Origin: Octopus vulgaris
Lineage: Eukaryota
DNA: 64,000 nucleotides
Assembly: GCA_951406725.2 (NCBI GenBank)
Contig: OX597818.1
Coordinates: 131,502,001-131,566,000, forward strand
Reading direction: 5' to 3'
The position numbers and the translations under genes were made by a program. Below, piece after piece: positions 24,481 to 38,300 of this stretch. The first letter of the stretch is position 1. Every line of letters starts with the position of its first letter. The notes beneath the pieces are model-generated. The model was not told the origin of the DNA and searched no databases. It was given only the letters and a program-made list of their open reading frames with translations.

Positions 24481-25444
24481 AAAAAGTTGGTAACTATTTC
24501 GGTGTGAACACAAATAACTGTTATGTGGCAGCAGGGAATGCTAGAAATAGCAGGCAAATCTTTCCTTTTCTGGAAATGAGCCGTTTATGCATGATCTTGA
24601 TGTCTGCAAAATAATCTGGAAAAGAAAAAAAAAACAGAACTCCCTTGGTGGGAAACTTCGAGGTCCCTACCACCCCTCTCACCTATTTTTTCCAGAAAAG
24701 TGGCTTGCAGTGGGTTTGGAGGTCAAATAATTTGAATGCACCCGCAAAAAATTGTGGAAAAAAATTATTCCACACTGAGGTACGAAATATTTACCAAAAG
24801 AATGAAATATTTACCAAAAGAATAATATCTTGTACCAATTATACCTATATTTTAATTAATTCAAATTAATGTACCCCTTTTTGAAAAGTAGCAAAATTTT
24901 TGTTGGTTGATATCTGGGAAAATTTATTAACAAATTATACAGGTAAGATGCATTAGGAATTTCAATTTTAATGTTTATCCATAATATTATTACTTTTACA
25001 CCTGTTAATTAGATTTACCTGCTCATAAAGTTCAAATTTACTCAGCAAGATCAGCTAAAATTATATAAGTATAAACCATGGTATATAAAGCATACACTGA
25101 CAAAATTTCAAATCTGTATGTAAAAAATTAACAAAGTTACAAGCAAATATTGTGGACACCCCTCTTGAACCTGAATAGCTTAAAATAACAAATAAGAATT
25201 ACATTTGACAGATTAATATGAATACTAAAGGTGTTTTTAGTTCTTTTTTCTCTTACACACACACATCACATGGCCTTGTTCAGTTTGGACTAGATGTGTC
25301 TTACTTTGACATCATCATTCCATAAAATTTGTTTATGGGGAGAAAAATATTGAAAAATATCAATAGATGTGTGAGTGAGAAAGAAACAAGGAGTGAGGGT
25401 TTGGGACATGCTAGAAACCACAGCCAAATATTCCTTAAATCACA

Positions 25445-25735
25445 CATTTGAGCGAGGTCGTTGCCAGCGCCACTGGACTGGCTCCTGTGCAGGTGGCACG
25501 TAAAAAACTCCATTTGAGCATGGCCATTGCCAGTACTGCCTGACTGGCCCTCAAGCCGGTGGCATGTAAAAGCACCCACTACAATCTCAGAGTGGTTGGC
25601 GTCAGGAAGGGCATCCAGTTGTAGAAACTCTGCCAGATTAAGATTGGAACCGGGTGCAGCCATCTGGTTCACCAGTCCTCAGTCAAATCATCCAACCCAT
25701 GCTAGCATGGAAAGTGGACGTTAAACGATGATGAT
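25445..25735 (+). mobile_element. RTE 3' UTR/tail fragment (family D, long form)
   Basis: ...gagtggttggcgtcaggaagggcatccag...ggacgttaaacgatgatgat, followed by a long (TA)n. Confidence 0.8.
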
Positions 25736-25789
25736 ACATATATATATCTATATATATATATATATGATGATATATATATATATATATGA

Positions 25790-25930
<141 letters not shown>

Positions 25931-26534
25931 TGGGCTCAATATCCTTTATCAGCACGACAATCATCCAACCTTATCTCCAGTAGTCAAAGAACTTAGACTT
26001 ATATGAAAAAAAGTAGAAACATTTATGGTCTTAGTAATTTGCATAATCTAATCAAAAATGAGCTAAGAGGAAGAACTCAGAGTGGCCAGTGGCATTATTT
26101 ATATGTGCATTGATATCATTATTTTGATCAAAAGTGCTTGCATTATGCTCCTGGAACCCAATCCTGTCCCCACTGTCCTGCCTACTGTATCATTTCAATC
26201 CTGTTGTCCCACACTTCTATATACCCAGGTTTCACCCATCACTGCATTCTCCCTTCTTTGCATTCATGTGAACTATCTATCCATGCACTCTTAGCAATGC
26301 TCTACCATCCCTATACCTTAAGAGTATGTCCCAAAACAGGTGAGTATAAGAGAGAATATATGTATAGCAGATGATTTGATCCACAAATATAGATACACAT
26401 TCATGATGTTCTTGAATACCAGTAAAGTACTTGAATTGTGCACTTTTAGTTCCAAATTGGTACACAGAAAATTATACAGTTGACAGAAACATAGACACAG
26501 CATTACTTCTTTCGCTAATCTTAAACCATGTATT

Positions 26535-26949
26535 TACTCTTTTTACTCTTTACTCTTTTACTTGTTTCAGTCATTTGACTGCGGCCATGCTGGAGCACCA
26601 CCTTTAGTCGAGCAAATCGACCCCGGGACTTATTCTTTGTAAGCCCAGTACTTATTCTATCAGTCTCTTTTGCCGAACCGCTAAGTGACGGGGATGTAAA
26701 CACACCAGCATCGGTTGTCAAGCAATGCTAGGGTGACAAACACAGACACACAAACATACACATACACATATATATATATATATATACGACAGGCTTCTTT
26801 CAGTTTCCGTCTACCAAATCCACTCACAAGGCATTGGGCGGCCCGGGGCTATAGCGGAAGACACTTGCCCATGATGCCACGCAGTGGGACTGAACCCGGA
26901 ACCATGTGGTTGGTTAGCAAGCTACTTACCACACAGCCACTCCTGCGCC
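26535..26949 (-). mobile_element. SINE family A, full length
   Basis: Matches the family sequence. Confidence 0.92.
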
Positions 26950-27346
26950 TATTTAGTTGACAATTCCCTATAAACTTTCTTTTTCCTGCTCCAATATTGC
27001 TTTTAATATATCTTCTGGGCCTGAAATAATTTTGTGGAATGAGTCAGCCAGTGTCACCCACTTCAGTACTTGTATGGTACTTTATTTTATCAACCCTCAA
27101 AAGAATGAAAGACAAAGTTTGATCTCAGCAGGATTTAAACCAAGAATGTAAAGACTTGGAATAAATACACTAAAAGACTTGTACACAAGATAGTGTGCAA
27201 GTATTTTAAAGTAAAGGGGGGGGGATGGTCTGATTATAATAGGAAAAAAATAGAATTTATAAAGCCCAGTATAACAAGCTACAGCTTATAAACGACACAC
27301 TAGTCACTTAAAAGAAAACCTCAGCTTAAAACAATATACAAAAACA

Positions 27347-27406
<60 letters not shown>

Positions 27407-28160
27407 CGTTAGGCCTACAAATTCACAGCACTATACTGTAAAATTCTGTCATTTTCCCAACTATGATGAATTCTCAAAAGAATAAATTTGTGTCAAAGTC
27501 TGCATACTTAGAAAAAAAAATCTAAAAAAAAAAAATGAGTAAATCTACTGAACAGTAGGAAATTCATCCATGTAAAAAGATGAAAATAAATAAAGAAATA
27601 AAAATATATAATGATCATCATATTTCATTTAACCACCACTACAATCTTCACAGCCCACCTCACCTGCCCCTACCACCATTGCCAACATCAACAGCATTGT
27701 CATCATCATAATCAGGATCAAATCAAGCAAAACAAAACCTATAGAGCCCTGAGGCCAGAAACATTCCTTGAATAAATAATCTTGATAGAGTTGATAACAT
27801 CAACACTTGAAGTAAACAACGGAAAGTTTGCAGCCTTTATCCATATTTCATTAACGGAATATTTCTATACTAGTTTACATATAATTAATACAAAAGCAGA
27901 CATTTAGTCTGTGGTGATGGATAATTATTACTAAGAAATTTACAATCATTTCTTCCTTACTGAGTTAGTTTTTAATTCTTTGTTTTCTCTTATTTCATTA
28001 TATTTACATTTATTTATTTCATTTACGTTTTTTTTTTTTTTATATAATTTACAAAACTAAAAAAAAAGAAGAAAAAATTTTATCTTTTCATGAGGCATTG
28101 TTGAAGAGTTTGGGTATAGCGTGAATAAAGAAAATAAAAATAGTAAGAAAATATATAAGA

Positions 28161-28262
<102 letters not shown>

Positions 28263-28801
28263 CTGGTAAGGGTGACACAAGACTGTTACTGAGATGGGTG
28301 ATGAAAATCAATTTGAATTGCTAAAGATCATAAAAAGTACAGAAATGCAGATAGTTGCAGATAGTTTTGGTTTATTATTCAGCAATGTTTAATCAATAAA
28401 ACAAACATACTCAAAGTGAATAGAAACTTTTATTTTAGTTTCAATTCTGACAGGCAACTAAAATTTATTTAAACTCACCAACATCTTCCTCTCCTAATGA
28501 ATGGCTTAGTGATATATCTTATAAATTTTGAATTGGGCATGGCTGTATGTTTTAGAATTTCATTTTGTAGCACATGGTCTTGGGTTCAGTTATGCAGTGC
28601 AGCAGCAGCATCAGCAGGTATCTTCTACTATAGCTCTGGGCCAACCAAATCTTGTGTGTAGATTTGGTAGAGAAGAACTGAACATGCGTGTATGTGTGTT
28701 TGTGTGTGTATGTAAAAAGAGGGAGAGAGAGAGAGAGAAATCATGAGATTCATGTGACACAGTAAATAGTGCTCAATATAACGAATATAAAGTTAATTTA
28801 T

Positions 28802-28962
28802 ATCATCATCATCATCATCATTTAGCGTCCGTTTTTCACGCTAGCATGGGTTGGACGGTTCAACTGGGGTCTGTGAAGTCAGATCTGGCAGTGTTTCTAC
28901 GGCTGGATGCCCTTCTAATGCCAACCACACCATGAGTGTAGTGGGTGCTTTTTACGTGCCAC
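28802..28962 (-). mobile_element. RTE tail element (family D)
   Basis: (atc)n-ttagcgtccgtttt...gctagcatgggttggacggttc...ggctggatgccctt. Confidence 0.8.
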
Positions 28963-29556
28963 ATTTTTACAAGCACAATCTTTTCATATTACTATAAGTT
29001 TCAAAATCACTCTAATGCATGCAAAGTTTTTGACTTCATTTTCATCAGACTTGTCTTGCTTGTACATCTGCATCACTCTGTATGTGAACTAATATATGAT
29101 CTTACAGGCGACCACCTACGACAAAAGAAAAAATTTGAGTCGGACTCATTGAACATTAAATTCCAATTACTTTGGACATTAAATTCCAAAAGTTCTTTGA
29201 TCCTTTCCAAAGCAGCCCTCAGCGTTTACATTAGCAACTTAAAATAAAAGAAAAGAAAAGAAAAGAAAGAAAAGGAGAGAGAGAGGGCTCAAAGCAGGTC
29301 ACACACAGAGGCAGATATACAAATCATCCAAGAAAATAAACTTAACCAGCTTAAACCTAAACTCAACTGATTGTCCTCTATACTTGGAAATATGCACACA
29401 CATACACACACACACATACACAGATTGGCAAATGCAAGGAAATTGAAACTCTTGGCCTTTGAATCACAACTGAACTACTAGCTCATGAGCAGTTAGACTA
29501 CAGACTCACAAAAGTTTAAACTCCCTGCTCATCTTATGAGGCATTAGACTATCTGC

Positions 29557-29942
29557 GTGGAGGCGCAATGGCCCAGTGATTAGGGCAACGGACTCGCGGT
29601 CATAGGATCGCGGTTTCGATTCCTAGACCGGGCGTTGTGAGTGTTTATTGAGCGAAAACACCTAAAAGCTCCACGGTGCTCCAGCAGGGGATGGTGGTGA
29701 TTCCTGCTGTACTCTTTCACCACAACTTTCTCTCACTCTTACTTCCTGTTTCTGTTGTACCTGTATTTCAAAGGGCCGGCCTTGTCTCTCTCTGTGTCAC
29801 ACTGAATATCCCCCGAGAACTACGTTAAGGGTGCACGTGTCTGTGGAGTGCTCAACCACTTACACGTTAATTTCACGAGCAGGCTGTTCCGTTGATTCGG
29901 ATCAACCGGAACCCTCATCGTCATAACCGACAGAGTGCTTCC
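29557..29942 (+). mobile_element. SINE family C, full length
   Basis: tRNA-like head; TSD agactatctgc/agactgtctgc. Confidence 0.92.
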
Positions 29943-31000
29943 AGACTGTCTGCACATATGATAGCTCATGAGGATTTACACTCAGAAGAAGTTAGACTCC
30001 TTCCCTTCTTATGAAGTATTAGATCACCAGCTCAAATTTGCTTCGAGCATTTCATTGTATTTTTAGTCAGTCTACATGAGCCTACATTGTTTTAGTTCAT
30101 CTTTCCTTTGAGTAGGTACCTGTTCCTTGGGGAATGTTACCTACAATAAATTTGTGTCATTTCTAAGCAATTTATTTACATTCTATCCACATAAGGCCAT
30201 GAAATCAGAGCTAAACACTATATTTCTGAAGCTCAATATTTACATTACAAATACTTTGCCATGCACTGACCCTTCACATAACTTGTACTATTATAAATAT
30301 TGATACTGTTATTGGTCTTTTTATTTAACTTCTGTCTTGATTGCGTAGACCTATCATCAAGAGTTACCAGCTATGGTCATCTCATTTTAATTACAGTGTA
30401 CCAAGTACAACATTATTCAATATGTTATTGCTTTAGAATCGTAATGCATGATTTGAGAGAGATTTGACTGCTATTTCTAGAAAGTGAAACTACCACATAA
30501 AGGTTCTCTTACTGGCTCATCCAATATAATGCATTTTTATAGGAAGGAGTTGCTGAACCATAGTTCAAATCCTCTTCTAGAAGAGCAGAACACAACACTT
30601 GAAGTAAGAAGAGAGACTGAAGGTGACCACCTACCATATTAGAAATAGTAGCCAATTCTCCATCAAATCACATATTACTATCTTGTGAAATGAAAGGGCA
30701 CATTTGATCAATATATTCCTAAATAAAGGACAGAATATTCATTGCTAGAATGTGCTTAATCATAAACCTGTTCATTTACAATTGACAAGGTGCTAAGCAA
30801 CAACAACAACAATACACTCATCAATTTTACAGTGACACAAATACTTGCAACAGGGAACTAAGTTGATGGACTTAGCCATACAGACTTAAGTGCATTATGT
30901 ATAAGACCCCGGTCAGGCTTCATCAAGCAGACACATGATCAAAGGAATTTTTGTGAGGATCACTCTGTTTATTTAAGAGATTTATAAAACTACTTTATAT

Positions 31001-31170
31001 GTGCAGGAGTGGCTGTGTGGTAAGTAGCTTGTTTACCAACCACATGGTTCCGGGTTCAGTCCCACTGCGTGGCACCTTGGGCAAGTGTCTTCTACTATAG
31101 CCTCGGGCCGACCAAAGCCTTGTGAGTGGATTTGGTAGACGGAAACTGAAAGAAGCCCATCGTATATATG

Positions 31171-31201
<31 letters not shown>

Positions 31202-31415
31202 TTGTGTGTCTGTGTTTGTCCCCCTAGCATTGCTTGACAACCGATGCTGGTGTGTTTATGTCCCCGTTACTTAGCGGTTCGGCAAAAGAGACCGATAGAA
31301 TAAGTACTGGGCTTACAAAAGAATAAGTCCCGGGGTCGAGTTGCTCGATTAAAAGGCGGTGCTCCAGCATGGCTGCAGTCAAATGACTGAAACAAGTAAA
31401 AGAGTAAAAGAGTGA
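31001..31415 (+). mobile_element. SINE family A, full length, followed by an older head fragment to ~31545
   Basis: Matches the family sequence. Confidence 0.92.
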
Positions 31416-31670
31416 AGAGTAGATGCAGGTGTTGCTTCCAACCACATGGTTCAGGGTTCAGTCTCACAATGTGGCACCTTGGACAATCGACTTCTACTAA
31501 AGCCTCAGACCAACGAAATCCTTGTGAATGGATTTGGTAGATAGGTAGTTTACTGGTGAAGCAGGTTCACTTTCTCAGTATTTGATTAATTAGAGAGACG
31601 TCAGCTGGAAGATACGAGAAAGTCTGTTGATCACTACAATTGTTTCAACCCATGTAGCATCAATCTCTCA

Positions 31671-31724
<54 letters not shown>

Positions 31725-31804
31725 AATATTAGGGAATAAATCCAAACTTACAGGGAAAAATCAGATTTAGGATTGAATCCAATTTTATAGTAAAATATTA
31801 TATT

Positions 31805-31999
31805 ATATTAAATTAGAGACAAAACAACTATTAGGCAAATCATACAATGAAAAACTTAACAAAATTATTAAAAAAATATAATTAATTATATTTTTTTAAT
31901 AATTTTGTTATATATTTAAATAATATAAATTAAATAATATTATGTATTGGCTTAAGTTTTTCATTGTATGATTTGCCTAATAGTGGTTTTGTCTCTAAT

Positions 32000-32006
<7 letters not shown>
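31805..32006. repeat. 55-bp inverted repeat enclosing a 54-bp perfect palindrome
   Basis: Arms 31805-31859 and 31952-32006 (1 mismatch); palindrome at 31857-31910. Confidence 0.85.
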
Positions 32007-32051
<45 letters not shown>

Positions 32052-32148
32052 CGGGAAGCTTTATGAAAATAGACAAAAGACGAAGGCAGGTGGAAAACAA
32101 ACGAACAATTGTATTAGTATGGTGCTCAGGAAATATAAATAAAACAAG

Positions 32149-32186
32149 TCTTTAACGTTTCGAGCCTACGCTCTTCAACAGAAAGA
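32149..32186 (-). ncRNA. Minimal type-I hammerhead fold (CUGUUGA core) in a Penelope-like fragment at 32051-32260
   Basis: tcttt-CTGTTGA-a-gagc(gtag)gctc-GAAA-cg-TT-aaaga; the element lies between two (TA)n tracts. Confidence 0.55.
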
Positions 32187-32272
32187 TACACAGAGAGAAA
32201 AAAAACACAGAAAGAAGGAGAGAAAAAAATGCGTGCAGTAGCTAACGAATCAACATGGCGAATATATGTATG

Positions 32273-32368
<96 letters not shown>

Positions 32369-32430
32369 CAGGGGTTGGACAAAATAATGGAAACACTTAG
32401 CATCATAGCATCATAATTTTGAAATATCTA
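32369..32430 (+). mobile_element. Solo Tc1/mariner terminal inverted repeat
   Basis: TA|caggggttggacaaaataatggaaacac, a typical Tc1 terminus; the partner end was not seen. Confidence 0.6.
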
Positions 32431-32613
32431 TTAATATCTATGTACCAGGCTTTAAGAAAAGATAAGTACTGTGGTTGATGCATTCAATAAAAAATTCTTC
32501 AAGGTGGTGCTCCAGCATGGCCACAGTCTAATGACTGAAAACAAGTAAAAAGAAGAAAAGGAAGGGAAAAAGATATATGATGTCTTTTGTTTTGCTGCTC
32601 TGAAATAATATCC

Positions 32614-32970
32614 GGTACTAGTATCGTAGACTGGTCCCGGTTTGCACACACACACACGCAGACACACGTCCGCGCTAGCCAGATGTAGGCAGTTGATCCT
32701 ACGAGCTGACTGGCGCATGCACGATATATACGATATATACTTGTATCGATATATACGATATATACTTGTATATGATATATACAAGTATATATCGTATATA
32801 TACAAGTATATATCGTATACAAGTATATATCGTATATATCGATACAAGTATATATCGTATATATCGTACATGCGCCAGTCAGCTTGTAGGATCGACTGCC
32901 TACGCCTGGCTAGCGTGGACGCGCGTCTGCGCATGTGCGCAAACCGGGACCAGTCTACGCTACTAGTACC
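32614..32970. mobile_element. Fold-back MITE with GG termini and 9-bp TSD (Merlin-like; MULE not excluded)
   Basis: ggtactagta...tactagtacc; the whole element is an imperfect palindrome; TSD ataatatcc at 32605-32613 and 32971-32979. Confidence 0.85.
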
Positions 32971-33467
32971 ATAATATCCTTACATATGTATATGCCTGTC
33001 AGCTGATCTCTAAGTCCAAATTATGTTAGCAAAGTTTCAACAATACCTAACCTCCCTTGTTCAGAACTATTGTGCTCGCTGCAATTCAATATGTTTGCTG
33101 CAGTTCTATCTGTCGTGAGCAAGAGAACGTTAATGAAGCATCAGAGATTGCTTCCTTTTGTTGTTTATTTGTATGTAAAGATACATCCTGCTTTATAAGT
33201 GCTCAGTTAATGACAGGACATTTACAAACAAATTAACTTGTATAATCGTTTTTTGAATGGATTGCTCAATCTATAGCTTCAGCAAATGCACAATGTTCTT
33301 CTATGTGAAAAATAACAAAAGAGCGGGAGCTTTTGACTACTAATTGCAAGCATAATCACAGTTATTGGGTTTAATATGTTACATATGTGAAACACTACCA
33401 CGAGATGGTTCCAGGTTCAATCTCACTGCCTGATATCATGACCAAATGAAAACAGCAACAATATATA

Positions 33468-33863
33468 CTCTCTACTTATTTCAGTCATTTGACTGCGGCC
33501 ATGCTGGAGCACCGCCTTTAGTCGAGCAAATCAACCCCAGGACTTATTCTTTTTAAGCCCAGTACTTATTCTATTGGTCTATTTTGCCGAACCGCTAAGT
33601 AACGGGGACATAAACACACCAGCATCAGTTGTCAAGCAATACTAGGGGGACAAACACAGACACACAAACATACACATACACATATATATATACATATATA
33701 CGACAGGCTTCTTTCAGTTTCCGTCTACCAAATCCACTCACAAGGCATTGGTCGGCCCGAGGCTATAGCAGAAAACACTTGCCCAAGATGCCACGCAGTG
33801 GGACTGAACACTGAACCATGTGGTTGGTAAACAAGCTACTTACCACACAGCCACTCCTGCGCC
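33468..33863 (-). mobile_element. SINE family A, full length
   Basis: Matches the family sequence. Confidence 0.92.
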
Positions 33864-34523
33864 TATATATATGTATTTTTCTCTTTATACTGGTTAAATC
33901 CACTGTTGTGCTATATATTTCTTAAACATAAGGACTGGCAGTGGGCGTATAGCTAATAAGCTGAACTAAATCTTTAAATAATTCAGTGCTTCAGCATGGC
34001 CACAGCCTAATGAACTGCAAACCAGAAATATCTAGTTACGGTGAAGCATTTTCTATATCTGCATATCCATCCGTAAGGACGTTGTGAGTGATATTTTAAT
34101 AATTATTTAAAAACTGTATGTAACTAAAGTTATTTATTAGATTTTTGGAATTTATCAGCAAGGTATATTTAAAGTCAATACAGATGGTATTTTTAAAGCT
34201 GGTATAATTTAATGAATGTTCAGTAAAAGGCATTCTACAGTACACGCGCTCTCTTATTTAACTATAGCTTCTATTAGGGTAATTTTTCTTTTTCACAGGG
34301 TGTGTGTGTGTGTGTGTGTGTTGTCTGTTTGTTATTTTGATTTCCTTAGTTTATACACACAGTGGTTAATATAATATTTAGAGAGAATGTAATAAAGATC
34401 ATTAATTATATAGCCAGCCACACACACACACACACACATTGTATATGGGGTGGTGAATGTGTGTGTTCATATTTGTTTACACAGGTTGTATATAAATAAA
34501 TATGTATGTGTATATTCATGTGC

Positions 34524-34562
<39 letters not shown>

Positions 34563-34594
34563 CATAATATATATATATATATATTCATGTGCAT

Positions 34595-34628
<34 letters not shown>

Positions 34629-34751
34629 CATACATATATATATATATATACATACATATATATATATACATATACATGTATGCATACATACACACATATA
34701 TATATATATATTATACATATATATACATATATATGTATTATATTTATACAC

Positions 34752-34790
<39 letters not shown>

Positions 34791-35125
34791 CATGCATACA
34801 TATGCATATATATTCATGTATTATACATACATATGCATGTATCTATTTGTGTGTTTGTGTATGCTTAAACATAAAAATACATACTCATACAAACACACAT
34901 GCATGTATTCAAGTGCACACACAATAAAACACTCAGATGTATACACAGACACACACAATTATGAGTTTGTATGTGTATTTACACATACATATGGGCCTCC
35001 ATGCATTTAAGTGGTGGTATATACATACATGATGACATACACAATATATTTACACAGATATTTAGATATGCGTGTGCATGTGCATATATGTGTATATGCA
35101 TATGAATATATGCATGTGTTTATAT

Positions 35126-35308
35126 GCGCAGGCGTGGTTGTGTGGTAAGAAGATTGCTTCCCAACCACATAGTTCCAGGTTCAGTCCCACTGAATGGCAC
35201 TTTGGTCGGCCTGAAGCTATAGTAGAAGACGCTTGCCATGCAGTGGGACTGAACCTGAAACCATGTGGCTGGGAAGCAAGCTTCTTACCACACAGCCACT
35301 CCTGTGCC
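35126..35308. mobile_element. Two SINE A heads fused in inverted orientation
   Basis: 35126-35190 is the + head and 35190-35308 is the - head. Confidence 0.8.
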
Positions 35309-35342
35309 TATATAAACATATATATATATGTGTGTGCGTGTG

Positions 35343-35597
35343 TGTAGAGGTGCGTGGCTTAGTGGTTAGGGTGTCAGCACCATGATCGTAAGATTGTGGT
35401 TTCGATTCCTGGACCGGGCGACGCATTGTATTCTTGAGCAAAACACTTCATTTCATGTTGCTCCAGTCCACACAGCTGGCGAAAATGAGTAACGCTGTGA
35501 TGGACTGGCGTCCCATCCAGCTGGGGAACACATACACCATAGAAACCGGGAAACCGGGCCCATGAGCCTGTCTAGGCTTTAAATAGGAAACATTTAT
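35343..35597 (+). mobile_element. SINE family E head with alternative tail
   Basis: gaggtgcgtggcttagtggttagggtgtcagc...ttcttgagcaaaacacttcatttc...tgatggactggcgtcccatccag. Confidence 0.8.
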
Positions 35598-35746
35598 TTT
35601 TTTTATTTTATATATATGTATATATATATATTTACATATACACATGCACATATATATACATATATGTATATATACACCCATACACATATGTACATATATA
35701 TGTGTGTGTGTATGTGTGTATATATATATAAATATATATATATACA

Positions 35747-36157
35747 CAGGAGTGGCTGTGTGGTAAGTAGCTTGCTTACCAACCACATGGTTCCGGGTTC
35801 AGTCCCACTGCGTGGCACCTTGGGCAAGTGTCTTCTGCTATAGCCTCAGGCTGACCAAAGCCTTGTGAGTGGATTTGGTAGGCAGAAACTGAAAGAAGCC
35901 CGTCGTATATATGTATATATATATATATATGTGTGTGTGCGTGTATGTTTGTGTGTCTGTGTTTGTCCCCCTAGCATTGCTTGACAACCGATGCTGGTGT
36001 GTTTATGTCCCCCGTCACTTAGCGGTTCGGCAAAAGAGACCGATAGAATAAGTACTGGGCTTACAAAGAATAAGTCCCGGGGTGATTTGCTTGACTAAAG
36101 GCGGTGCTCCAGCATGGCCACAGTCAAATGACTGAAACAAGTAAAAGAGTAAAAGAG
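35747..36157 (+). mobile_element. SINE family A, full length
   Basis: Matches the family sequence. Confidence 0.92.
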
Positions 36158-36590
36158 TATATATATATATATATATCATAGAAATATATAAACTTACTGC
36201 TACAAATTCATCCACACATGCATGTATAAACAATCACCAGTACACAAATAGACATGTATTCGTGAATGTCAGATTCTTAAAAATAAACATCCCTGCATGG
36301 TAATAAATTCCAGGGATCACTTGATGAATCCCACACACCCCACTTTCTTCCATCACCACCACCACCACCCCTCTGCCTCTCCACTCGTTTCTTCAAGGTA
36401 ACTCTGAGATTAACATCTCCCCATGCCCACTTCTTCTTCGTTAGATTACTTTCATTAAAACAGACATTATTTAAATTACTACTCAGCCTTTATTTTTCAG
36501 CTTCGCTGCTACAATCTCACTAATGAAGTAGTAGTTGTTGTTGTTGGCGGTGGTAGTGTTGGTGGTGATGGCGATGGTAACGGTAATGAT

Positions 36591-36817
36591 GGCGGTGGCA
36601 GAAACGTTAGCACACCGGGCGAAATGCATGGCAGTATTTCGTCTGCCGTTACGTTGTGAGTTCAAATTCCGCCGAGGTCGACTTTGCCTTTCATCCTTTC
36701 GGGGTCGATAAATTAAGTACCAGTTACGCGCTGGAGTCGATATAATCGACTTAATACCTATGTCTGTCCTTGTTTGTCCCCTCTGTGTTTAGCCCCTTGT
36801 GGGTAATAAAGAAATAG
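36591..36817 (+). mobile_element. SINE family B
   Basis: Matches the family sequence; ggtaatgatgg repeated on both sides. Confidence 0.88.
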
Positions 36818-37419
36818 GTAATGGTAATGATGGTGGTATATGGATCTGAGAAAGCTTTGATGAAACAGACCTATGATGAACTGCATTACAACCATGCCCA
36901 TCCTTCCTTACTTTGAGAAGGTTCTGTATTGAAATATGCTGTATAACGTTCTTGTTTTTCTCCTTTTTATGTTTGTTATTTGTAATAACAGAAAGAGACT
37001 TAGCTACTCTTTTCAGTAGGTCATTCGGCCATGTGGAGGCATCCTTGTTAGTTTGTTCTTGTAGTTGTTATTTTCCATTGTTATAGTTAAGGTGAGAGGG
37101 GGGAAGAGAGGGAGAGGGGTAGGGGAGAGAGGGGGACAAAGAGAGGGAGGGGAGAGAGAAAAAGAGAGATAGTGTAAGGCAATATTCCAGTATCGCTGCA
37201 GTCAAACGGCTGAAACAAGTGAAAGAATAAAAAAGATAAACCATTGATTCGACTAAAAATATTTCAAGGCAGTGCCCCAGCATGGCCACAGTCTAATGAC
37301 TGAAACAAGAAAAGATGAAAAAATTTGAGAAAACATATGACCGAGAGGATGCATTTGTTAAAAAGTTCCTTTCCCAACCAAGGGATCTCCAGTTGTGTTC
37401 TACCACACAGCATCTAGAG

Positions 37420-37718
37420 AAGCGGTTCTTAACTGGGGTCCATGAAAGTAAAATAGTAAACTGGGGATCCATAATAAGTATATTAAGGGTCCATGAACAA
37501 ATTTTGATTTAGGTTTATTTATTGGAAGAAACAGCCAGGTTTCTTTCTCTAATGTTTTACATGGTTCAAACTACACATGTGAATGTGTGAAAAAATAAAA
37601 TGGGGATTTTGAAAGAAGCATCTATAAAACTAGCTTTTGAAAATCGAATGGCTACAGGGATCTGCCAGAGTAAAATGGTAATCAAACATAGATTTAAGAA
37701 AATGTTTCAGGACCACTG
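37420..37718. mobile_element. hAT (Charlie-like) MITE
   Basis: Ends (a)agcggttcttaac...caggaccactg; 8-bp TSD atctagag/atctagaa of the NTCTAGAN type; inserted in an old SINE A head. Confidence 0.75.
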
Positions 37719-37782
37719 ATCTAGAATGAGTAGCTTCTAATATAGCATCAGGTCAACCAAAGCCTTATCTTTCTTTCTTTTA

Positions 37783-37992
37783 TCTTTTACTTGTTTCAGT
37801 CATTTGACTGCGGCCATGCTGGAGCACCGCCTTTAATCGAGCAACTTGATCCCGGTACTTATTCTTTTTGTAAGCCCAGTACTTATTCTATCGGTCTCTT
37901 TTGCCGAACCACTAAGTAACAGGGACATAAACACACCAGCATCAGTTGTCAAGCAATGCTAGGAGGACAAACAGACACACAAACACACACAG

Positions 37993-38035
<43 letters not shown>

Positions 38036-38200
38036 TACGACAGGCTTCTTTCAGTTTCCGTCTACCAAATCCACTCACAAGGCTTTGGTTGGCCCGAGAC
38101 TATAGTAGAAGACACTTGCCCAAGTTGCCACGCAGTGGGACTGAACCCGGAACCATGTGGTTGGTAAACAAGCTACTTACCACACAGCCACTCCTGCACC
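37783..38200 (-). mobile_element. SINE family A, full length
   Basis: Matches the family sequence. Confidence 0.92.
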
Positions 38201-38261
38201 TTATGATAGAATTTGTTAGAAATCAAAAGAAGCTTATTTTATTTGTGTGTGTGTGTGAGTG

Positions 38262-38300
<39 letters not shown>

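Noticed and set aside
24590-25170. Possible non-autonomous DNA transposon ending ggacacccctc
   Set aside because: A matching left TIR and TSD could not be identified.
29557-29635. SINE heads as genuine tRNA genes
   Set aside because: A/B boxes are present but there is no complete acceptor stem, and they run into SINE bodies with TSDs.
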